Positions 23,346-30,668 of a stretch of DNA of 32,000 nt are shown here, piece by piece. The stretch lies in assembly GCA_963675515.1 (NCBI GenBank), contig OY776328.1, positions 1,260,001 to 1,292,000 on the forward strand, read 5' to 3'. Source of the DNA: Coprobacillaceae bacterium. Lineage in GTDB: Bacteria; Bacillota_I; Bacilli_A; Erysipelotrichales; Coprobacillaceae. How positions within the stretch are numbered: position 1 is the first letter of the stretch; each line of letters opens with the position of its first letter. The position numbers and the translations under genes were made by a program. A model generated the notes under the pieces. The model saw nothing but the letters and a program-made list of their open reading frames with translations, was not told where the DNA came from and did no database searches.

Positions 23346-25133
23346 CCTAAGCTCCCGCAAATTTTTATAACAACAACTATATTTTAGTGTTTCAAATCAC
23401 CGAAGCCTTGATATATAGCCATTTTTTCATCGGTTAACGCTCATAAAACCTTGCAATTCACCTGAAATGTTGTTATAATTATTATAACAACAGAGAGGTG
23501 ATTTGGATGAGTTATGAGGTTATTCAGAAGGTTGGTCAGTATCAATATATCTATCTTGCTGAGGGATTTCGCACTAAAGACGGGCAGGTAAGACAAAAGC
23601 GTCGTTCGATTGGGAAAATCGATCCTAAGACTGGACAAAAGATCTATAAACCAGAATATTTGGAAGAGCTTCGTCTAGCGGGTCAAGCGATAGAGATCCC
23701 TTCAACCGAGAAAGTGTTCTCTATCGACGATATCAAAAAGTCATCAGTGCGTTCATATGGCCTTTTCCATTTGTATAGCACCATTGCTGAAAACTCAGGT
23801 TTGATCGATGCTTTGGAGCGATCTATGCCAAACCACTGGCAAGAGATATTCATGCTTGCTTGTTACATGATTTCCACCAGCGACCCGATGATGTACTGTA
23901 ATGAATGGATTTCAGGAACACAATCATACCCTGTCGGTTCATTGACATCGCAACGCATAAGCGAACTGTTGATTTCTCTTTCCGCAAATCAACGGAATGA
24001 TTTCTATCGCCACTGGTATGCTGCAAACAAAGATGATGAATATTTAGCTTTGGATATAACTTCAACATCGTCTTATTCGGAATTGATTGATGACGTTGAA
24101 TGGGGCTATAATCGTGATCATGATAACCTGCCGCAGATCAATATCTGCATGCTCATGGGAGAGTCCAAAAGGCTACCTTTGTTCCAAACCATATTCAGTG
24201 GCAGTCAAAAAGATGTCCGAACGCTCAAGAACACTTTGGATCAATTCGAAGCCACAACTGGTAGCCGGGCCATCACCGTAGTTATGGATAAAGGTTTTTA
24301 CAGCGCTTCAAACATCAATAAAATGCTTGATGAAAAGGGCGGTGGACCGGTAAAATTCCTGATCTCAGTACCATTCTCGTCTGCCTTTGCCAAGAACCAG
24401 GTAGAAAGCGAACGAAAAGACATCGATTGTGTGGAGAACACGATTGTCATCAACGGTAATTCAATGCGAGCAGTAACCAAGGAACGTTCTTGGGATTCCA
24501 AGCACAAATTGTACACCCACATTTACTACAGCGCTAAAAAGGCTGCGGGAATCCGTGAAGACCTTTATTCATCAATAGCCGTGCTGCGGCAAAAGGCTAC
24601 TGAAAATCCTGAAAAATGGCTTCATGATGCCGAATGCGTGAAGTATCTGATTATCCGCAAATCCGAAAAGAAGGACAATGGATACACTATCAACATCAGG
24701 ACAGACGTTGTTGAACAAAATCTTAAAACTGCAGGTTGGGTTGTCCTAATCAGTAATGACATCGCCGATGCTCAAAAGGCAATCACGATATATCGGGATA
24801 AGGACGTCGTGGAAAAAGGCTTCCTCCGTCTAAAAAATAACATCGACCTCGGAAGGTTGCGAGTACATAGCGACAATGCGATGCAAGGGAAATTATTTGT
24901 CGGATTCATTGCATCAGTGATCATGTCAGAAATCAACAAAGTGATGAATGACAAAGGACTGTACAAGAAACACACGATGAAGGAGCTTCTCCAAATCCTT
25001 GCAAAGTTGCGCATCCAGGATATCAACGGGCAAAGCATCATAGCTCCGGTTACCAAGGAACAGCGAATTATATACGAAGCATTTAATATCCCGTTACCAT
25101 AGATGTTGTTATAAATTTGTGCGGGATTTTAGG
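23346..25133 (+). mobile_element. IS1634-family element
   Basis: The 30-bp inverted repeats CCTAAGCTCCCGCAAATTTTTATAACAACA (23346-23375) and the reverse complement of 25104-25133 match at 25/30 positions. A perfect 6-bp target duplication TTATTA occurs at 23340-23345 and 25134-25139. Confidence 0.85.
23507..25102 (+). CDS. IS1634-family (IS4-like) transposase
   Basis: The N-terminus MSYEVIQKVGQYQYIYLAEGFRTKDGQVRQKRRSIGKID... is typical of IS1634-type transposases. ATG 23507 follows the RBS AGAGAGG. The family assignment is from memory. Confidence 0.75.
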   Translation: MSYEVIQKVGQYQYIYLAEGFRTKDGQVRQKRRSIGKIDPKTGQKIYKPEYLEELRLAGQAIEIPSTEKVFSIDDIKKSSVRSYGLFHLYSTIAENSGLIDALERSMPNHWQEIFMLACYMISTSDPMMYCNEWISGTQSYPVGSLTSQRISELLISLSANQRNDFYRHWYAANKDDEYLALDITSTSSYSELIDDVEWGYNRDHDNLPQINICMLMGESKRLPLFQTIFSGSQKDVRTLKNTLDQFEATTGSRAITVVMDKGFYSASNINKMLDEKGGGPVKFLISVPFSSAFAKNQVESERKDIDCVENTIVINGNSMRAVTKERSWDSKHKLYTHIYYSAKKAAGIREDLYSSIAVLRQKATENPEKWLHDAECVKYLIIRKSEKKDNGYTINIRTDVVEQNLKTAGWVVLISNDIADAQKAITIYRDKDVVEKGFLRLKNNIDLGRLRVHSDNAMQGKLFVGFIASVIMSEINKVMNDKGLYKKHTMKELLQILAKLRIQDINGQSIIAPVTKEQRIIYEAFNIPLP

Positions 25134-25139
25134 TTATTA

Positions 25140-26101
25140 GTAGAAGAATAACACAGTCAAAAAATATGACTGTGTTTTCACAGATAATAGCTCTCTTTTC
25201 TGTCTTTATTCCGGTCACAGTTTATATTTTTGGAGGATGGCTATTTGTTAATGATCAAATAAGTATAGGTGGCATTATTGCATTTAGCACTAATGTAAGT
25301 CACTTATATTCGCCTTTTCTGGGAATAGCATCTTCTATGGTTACAATTAAACCGGCGATAGAATCTTTACGAAGAGTAATAGATTTCTTTTATGGCGAAG
25401 AAGAAAAGGAACTGCTCAATAAAAATGCAAGTTATGATGAATTATCTATTGATATACCTTTAAAACAAATTATTTTTGATCAGGTTTCATATTCTTACCA
25501 AGGAAAAAAACCACTATTTGATAACTTGAGTTTTGTAATTAATAGAGGTGATATTTTTTTATTAAAAGGGAAAAATGGAAGTGGAAAAACAACAGTAATT
25601 AGGCTACTATTGGGAATTCTTAATCCTAATAGTGGGAATATAAAATTCAACGGAACAGATATGCGTGAAATTGAATTGAGTGAAATAAGAAAGCGCATTT
25701 CTACTGTAAATCAAAGAATATTTCTATTTAATGATACGATAGAGAATAATATAACTTATGCAACTAATGAAAAATATGATAAGATGATTTATAATCAAAT
25801 TATTGAATCGCTTAATATAGATAAAATGATCGAAACTCTTGATGATGGAGAAAGAACACTAATTGGGGAAAATGGGAATAAGCTCTCTGGCGGACAAGTT
25901 CAAAAAATTGCTATCGCGAGAGCATTGTTGAACAATTCAGATGTGATAATATTTGATGAGGCAAACGCTAATATTGATATAGAAACTAGGGATTGGCTTA
26001 AACAATATATACTGAGTATAAAGGATGATAAGATCATAATTATTGTGGATCATTCCAATGATTACGATGATATTGCGGATATTAGACTTTTTATGGGTTA
26101 G
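25140..26101 (+). pseudogene. Fused ABC exporter, C-terminal fragment (end of the TMD plus the NBD)
   Basis: Walker A is GKNGSGKTT, the signature is LSGGQVQKIAIARAL and Walker B is IIFDEA. It joins 23345 exactly in frame, giving a reconstructed 552-aa protein. Confidence 0.85.
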
Positions 26102-26242
26102 TGTAATTGTATATCTAGATAGAAAAAGGGTACCACTTTTTTTATATGATACCAAAGTACCGTATTGCACATATGTGCCAATATTGCTTGCGCTTGGGTT
26201 ATTTATTTGATACAATACGGATAACAAATAAAATACAAAAAA

Positions 26243-26274
26243 AGCCCTTGCTTTCTTAGAAAAAAACAAGGGTT
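26243..26274 (-). terminator. Minus-strand rho-independent terminator downstream of tRNA-Leu
   Basis: Stem AGCCCTTG (26243-26250) pairs with CAAGGGTT (26267-26274). On the minus strand it is followed by TTTTTTTG. Confidence 0.5.
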
Positions 26275-26372
26275 AGAACCAGTAACCTATTCAAACTAGA
26301 TCGCTGATTATATATCAGATTAACTGACATTAATTATGTTAGCTAATGATATCATAAATTAAGCATACATTC

Positions 26373-26417
26373 AATCCAGTTTAGAAACGGTTATCGGTCT
26401 AAATTGGATTTTTTATT
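26373..26417 (+). terminator. Plus-strand terminator-like hairpin with no annotated gene upstream
   Basis: The 12-bp stem AATCCAGTTTAG (26373-26384) pairs with CTAAATTGGATT (26399-26410), including one G-U pair. It is followed by TTTTATTT. Confidence 0.45.
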
Positions 26418-26470
26418 TGCTAACGCAGATAAAATAATCATCACATAATTAAGAGTTAGACAAATCAAAA

Positions 26471-26555
26471 TGGTGCGGGTGACAGGACTTGAACCTGCAA
26501 ACCCGAAGGCGCTAGAGCCTGATTCTAGTGCGTCTGCCAATTTCGCCACACCCGC
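26471..26555 (-). tRNA. tRNA-Leu (anticodon CAG), type II with a long variable arm and encoded CCA
   Basis: The minus-strand reading is GCGGGTG-TG-GCGAAATTGGCAGACGC-A-CTAGA-ATCAGGC-TCTAG-(variable arm)-GCAGG-TTCAAGT-CCTGT-CACCCGC-A-CCA. The acceptor and anticodon stems pair perfectly. The anticodon loop A-T-CAG-G-C gives anticodon CAG. Confidence 0.9.
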
Positions 26556-26589
26556 ATCATGTTGTAAACATTAAAATGTCCACTTGATT

Positions 26590-26618
26590 ACTATACCACT
26601 ATCCCATAGAAAAGCCAA
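26590..26618 (-). promoter_or_regulatory. Promoter for tRNA-Leu
   Basis: On the minus strand TTGGCT (26618-26613) is followed by 17 nt of spacer and TATAGT (26595-26590). A TGG just upstream of the -10 box gives an extended -10. It lies about 35 nt upstream of the mature tRNA 5' end. Confidence 0.5.
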
Positions 26619-26807
26619 GAGTTTTTTTAAATATTTTTGTAATTTTTTTTAAAATATTTTTGTAATTTGTGTGAGGCCTCTTGCTAATGTTCAGAATCAT
26701 AAGGCACTTTTTGCTTGAAATCAAAATAGCTGATTTAGAAAATATGGGACCAAAAGGGTTTAAAGTGCTACAGTGGAGCATAGGAATAATTTGAGGGGGA
26801 TTGCATC

Positions 26808-27700
26808 ATGATTTCGTTGCAGATTCAGATTTTTGTCTTGTTGGGGATCGGGTTCACTCTGGCCAAGAAAGGGATGTTTTCCAAAACCACCCAGAATCTG
26901 ATGACCAATATCGTGTTTTTGGTCATCTTGCCGGCGACCATCATAAAGTCATTCCAGATGGATCTTGATTCAAGCGCGATGGTCAACTCTTTTATTATCA
27001 TGTTGATTTCCTGGGAATCCAGTTTCTCTATTTCCTGGCAAACAAGGCCCTCTACAACCGCTTTGACGAGGACGAAAAAGTATGCGCCCGATACTCGACA
27101 ATGGCTTCCAATGCCGGATTCATGGGGATGCCCATCGTCTATGGCCTGTTTGGCGACCAGGCATTGCTTTACGCCTCGTTTTTCCTGGTTTCTGTCAGGG
27201 TTTTCATGTGGCCTTCGGGCATCTCTCTTTTTGCCAAGTCAAGCTATGACAAACTCTGGCGTCTGGTGTTGAGCCATCCGTTCATGATTGCCGTCTATAT
27301 CGTTTTTGCGGTAATGGCGTTGAAGTATTTGGGAATCGAACTGCCTGGCCCGGTCAGCGACACAATCGGGGTTATCGCCAAATCAAACACAGCCATCTGC
27401 CTGCTGGTGATTGGAGGAATCCTGGGCGATCTAAAAGAAATCAGTTTTTTCAATGTGAATACAATTGTTTTCAGCTTTCATCGGCTGATCGTGATGGTTT
27501 TTTTGCGACTTTTAAATGTGGATGTTCTTATCGCCAATATATGCATTTTGCTTTCAGCTATGCCGGCGGGAAGTTCAACCGCAATGATGGCCCAGCGGTA
27601 TGAAGGCAATATCAAGTTCGCTTCTCAACTCGTCTTCGTTTCGACGTTGCTATCGCTGGGAACATTGCCTTTGATTTCATGGCTTTTCACTACTTTTTGA
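26808..27700 (+). pseudogene. AEC-family (auxin efflux carrier / malate permease-like) transporter, frameshifted
   Basis: The N-terminal frame (MISLQIQIFVLLGIGFTLAKKGMF...) is plausible up to about 27005. The family-typical continuation (...LANKALYNRFDEDEKVCARYSTMASNAGFMGMPIV...) is in another frame that is open only from 26969. The shift therefore lies between 26969 and about 27010. Confidence 0.75.
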
Positions 27701-27718
27701 TAATATGATGGCAAAGAA

Positions 27719-27750
27719 AAATTCCAGGCTGAACTGGAATTTTCAGTTTT
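27719..27750 (+). terminator. Terminator after the AEC gene, possibly bidirectional
   Basis: The 9-bp stem AAATTCCAG (27719-27727) pairs with CTGGAATTT (27734-27742) and is followed by TCAGTTTT. Confidence 0.55.
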
Positions 27751-27783
27751 CAGGATCGGTCATTGAATTATTGATCGCACCGG

Positions 27784-28793
27784 TCAGGCCTGACAAATTT
27801 TCAACAAGGTGACCGCTCCATAAGACAGACCTGGACCCAGTTTTTCTTGATCAGGTAATCACTTTTGTAGCTTATCAGGTATCCCTGTTCCTTTAGCTGA
27901 TAGCCAACTTACAGCGAGCTTATAGATCATTGTGTTGTGATGGTCAACACGGCAGGGGAACAATTATCCTGGTCTATGGCACCTGGATATTCGCTTGCTT
28001 GAATGATTCATACAGGTAGCGATGACTTGATTCGAATCGGTCATAGTCCGGGCTGTCATTTAAAATATCTATCGCCTGTTTCAATCCGTAGACAAGGCAA
28101 GATGATATGGTAAAGGGGTTTCCTTCCTTGAGTTAATAGTAACCCGGACCAAGATAGAGCGGAGGCTGTTAGATTGAAAGATGGGCTGGTTGTAAAATAC
28201 CATGGCCAGTCCGGCATAGCTGCTTTGTTGCTGTTGGAGTTGCCAGATATACTCCGCTCAAATCAAGTGGCATTGTCTTGAAGTCCCGATCCTTGAGATG
28301 CAGTCAATGCATAAGTGATGCTGTGGTGCCTGGAGATTTCCTTGAGTCCATCGGGATCGAACAGATACCCGGTCGATGTCTTGCAAGTGGGGCGTCCATA
28401 TCCAGCTGATGTTGTCCTGGCATTGTTCCAGCCGGTTTTCAATCTCTTTTGTGGTTATTATTTCACCCCAGTCTTTTTTTAAAGGGAATGAATGATAGAT
28501 TATCTCGGTTTGCCATTTCAATAAGACGATCGCCAAACTCACTACACGATAGCACCATTCCTTTGCCTTCAAGCGATAAAAGATGCACCGCTACCATCTC
28601 GTTGGCCAGGGTGCCTGATTCTGTGATGGTCTGGATGTCCCGCATTTTACCAGTGCGCAAAGCTGTTTTCTTGTTCTTGCAAAGTCCACCATGAAATCAT
28701 CGCTACGATGGAAACCGGCATGGCTGAAATGGCTGCGTGGATTTCCGGCTTGATAACTACCGGACCGGGAAGCAGGCTGATAATTTCAATCAC
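27784..28793 (-). pseudogene. Class-V (AGXT/PhnW-like) aminotransferase, heavily frameshifted
   Basis: Minus-strand pieces in at least four different frames read IISLLPGPVVIKPEIHAAISAMPVS, HRSDDFMVDFARTRKQL, MRDIQTITESGTLANEMVAVHLLSLEGKGMVLSCSEFGDRLIEMA and CKTSTGYLFDPDGLKEI. Together they follow the conserved order of class-V aminotransferases (LL.PGP...HR...F...GsGt.a.E...G.fg.R...ETSTG). The ends are approximate. Confidence 0.65.
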
Positions 28794-29349
28794 CTCCAGG
28801 ATGGGAACTGAAAAGGGAATAAACGCTCTGTTTGAGACTTTCGATGCTTAAAAACATCGGCTGGTAGAGCGCACCAGGTTTGCCCACGAGGTTGTGGAAC
28901 GGGGTGAAACCGAGGTGGCTGTAAAGTTTGAGCTGCCGGGTCGTCGCCGATATGACGCAATAGTCGTAGCCTTTTACAATGCATGTTTCCAGCATTTTTT
29001 TGGCAAGGTTGTAGAATACCGGACTGTTTCTATATTCCTTCTCGATTGCCAGCAGTCTTATCTCGCAGATGTTTTTGCACCTTGGCAAGTAGCGCTCCAG
29101 ATTGGGGATTTTTTCATCCAAAGAGAACGGCCTTCTGGCTCTTAGGGCGATCATGCCAATGAGGGTATCTTCCTTCTTGGCGATGATGTAGGTGTTTTCC
29201 AGGTCGAACCGGTCGACAAGCATTCCATTTTCATTGGGGGCATGCTGGGGAATCTCCTCGACGAAAGTGTGGTAGTTGAGTCTTGCAATCGCCAAAGACT
29301 CCTTAGGGGTTGAAGCGAGCTTGTAGACAATGTTGTGGTCTGGAATCAT
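28786..29349 (-). CDS. GNAT-family N-acyltransferase
   Basis: 187 aa. ...IGMIALRA...EIRLLAIEKEYRN...GFTPF has the acyl-CoA N-acyltransferase fold pattern. The RBS GAGGAG precedes the ATG. Confidence 0.7.
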   Translation of the reverse strand: MIPDHNIVYKLASTPKESLAIARLNYHTFVEEIPQHAPNENGMLVDRFDLENTYIIAKKEDTLIGMIALRARRPFSLDEKIPNLERYLPRCKNICEIRLLAIEKEYRNSPVFYNLAKKMLETCIVKGYDYCVISATTRQLKLYSHLGFTPFHNLVGKPGALYQPMFLSIESLKQSVYSLFSSHPGGD

Positions 29350-29364
29350 GTTTGTCTCCTCTTT

Positions 29365-29961
29365 TTATTTTTTATGGTACCGTACTTCCAGGTACTCTTG
29401 AATGTTGGTCTGGTGGCGGAATATTATCAGGCTTATTATTGCGATAAGATAGGCAAGTTCAAGGGGCGTGCCCTTGTTTGTCAAGGCGAACACCGGCAAG
29501 CATGCCAAAGCGATCAGTCCGGCAATTGAAAACTTCTTGACGATGGGAAAGAAGACGAAGTAAAGGACACAGACAGTAAGCAGCCAGACGGGATTGTAGA
29601 GAGAAAAGCCTCCAAGCAAGGCGGCAATCCCTTTGCCACCACGAAACTCGAGCTGCCAGGGGTAAATATGGCCAAGCACAACTGCGGTGGCGCTAAGCAG
29701 GATGACCGGCTGGGACTGCGAAAAAGTCATCGCCAGGAATACGGCCAAAGATCCCTTGGCAAAGTCGCCGCACAAGACAATCGCGAAAGAAGCCTTGCCA
29801 AATACCATAAGAGTGTTCAATGCACCGGGATTCGAGCTGCCAAGGGTGCGGATATCCGCTTTCTTGATGATTGTCGAGTAGTAATAGGCAAAATTGATGC
29901 AGCCAAGCAGATAGGACAAGCCAATAAGCAAGGCGCCAGAAATGATAAACTGTGGATTCAT
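29365..29961 (-). CDS. plsY: PlsY-family acyl-phosphate:glycerol-3-phosphate acyltransferase-like membrane protein
   Basis: GSSNPGALN (compare the GSGNxGATN motif) and FRGGKGIAA (compare the GGKGVAT motif), with multiple TM segments. ATG 29961 (MNPQFII...) is preferred because the TTG start in the ORF track overlaps a TGTTATAAT extended -10 box at 29994-30002. Confidence 0.75.
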   Translation of the reverse strand: MNPQFIISGALLIGLSYLLGCINFAYYYSTIIKKADIRTLGSSNPGALNTLMVFGKASFAIVLCGDFAKGSLAVFLAMTFSQSQPVILLSATAVVLGHIYPWQLEFRGGKGIAALLGGFSLYNPVWLLTVCVLYFVFFPIVKKFSIAGLIALACLPVFALTNKGTPLELAYLIAIISLIIFRHQTNIQEYLEVRYHKK

Positions 29962-30111
29962 ATTGATACCGCCTGTATTTTCAACTTGAAACAATTATAA
30001 CATAACCCATATCAAAAACGGAAATAAAATGTAAACGCTTGTAATGATGTTGTCGTCGAATCCGCTCATAGGCAGTCTTTGCACTCTTCCAGCCAGAAAC
30101 CAAAAGGGGAT

Positions 30112-30145
30112 AGAAAAAGCCAAGGATTATCCTTGGCGGTTTTGG
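30112..30145 (-). terminator. Terminator downstream of the ybjQ-like gene (hairpin usable on both strands)
   Basis: The 8-bp stem GCCAAGGA (30119-30126) pairs with TCCTTGGC (30130-30137). A T-run follows on the minus strand (plus-strand AAAAA at 30114-30118) and GGTTTTGG follows on the plus strand. Confidence 0.6.
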
Positions 30146-30156
30146 TGTTGTGGGAT

Positions 30157-30468
30157 TTATTTGAAGCGCACGGCTGTGCCGTAGACAATCACTTCAGCGG
30201 CCCCTTGCATGATGGCAGATGAGGCGTAGCGGATATTGACAATCGCATCGGCGTTCAGCCCCTGAGCTTCTCCTACCATCCGCTTGGTGGCCAAAGCCCT
30301 GGCGTCATCCATCATCCTGGTGTAGGCGTTAAGCTCCCCGCCGACCAGGGTCTTGGATCCCTGGGTGATATCGTGGCCCACGTTGCGTGTCTGGATGGTG
30401 CTGCCTTTTACAATTGTGAGTGTTTCAATTTCTTTTCCTGTGATGTAATCAGTATTTACTAAGATCAT
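30157..30468 (-). CDS. ybjQ: YbjQ/UPF0145-family protein
   Basis: 103 aa. MILVNTDYITGKEIE...VGGELNAYT...A...GLNADAIVNIRY...VYGTAVRF matches the UPF0145 pattern along its full length. Confidence 0.85.
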   Translation of the reverse strand: MILVNTDYITGKEIETLTIVKGSTIQTRNVGHDITQGSKTLVGGELNAYTRMMDDARALATKRMVGEAQGLNADAIVNIRYASSAIMQGAAEVIVYGTAVRFK

Positions 30469-30668
30469 CGGTTTCTCCCTTTCTTATTTCCTTGATTCTT
30501 TCAATGGTGCGAAACGTTTCCCTATAAGTGCCTAGGCATGAAATGGGAGGATTTTCCAATAGGAAAATCACAACTGAATATTCAATACTTGGAATGATGG
30601 CTGTCATGTTAGCCTGAAACAAGTAGTCTGATACTCCTACACGCATGAGGTTATAACAGTAAAATTAT

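Noticed and set aside
26599-26781. 60-codon minus-strand ORF between the tRNA and the AEC gene
   Set aside because: It overlaps the tRNA promoter and the AT-rich tandem repeat. Its product is low-complexity and it has no RBS.
28258-28694. ORFs 28258-28572(-), 28449-28694(+) and 28463-28660(-) from the track as separate genes
   Set aside because: The minus-strand ORFs are successive frames of one decayed class-V aminotransferase. The plus-strand ORF is antisense noise within it.
28790-29145. ORFs 28790-28984(-) and 28894-29145(+) overlapping the GNAT gene, and 29335-29529(+), 29668-30000(+) and 29687-29881(+) overlapping plsY
   Set aside because: These are alternative-frame or antisense ORFs within motif-supported genes in GC-richer DNA, where long spurious ORFs are common.
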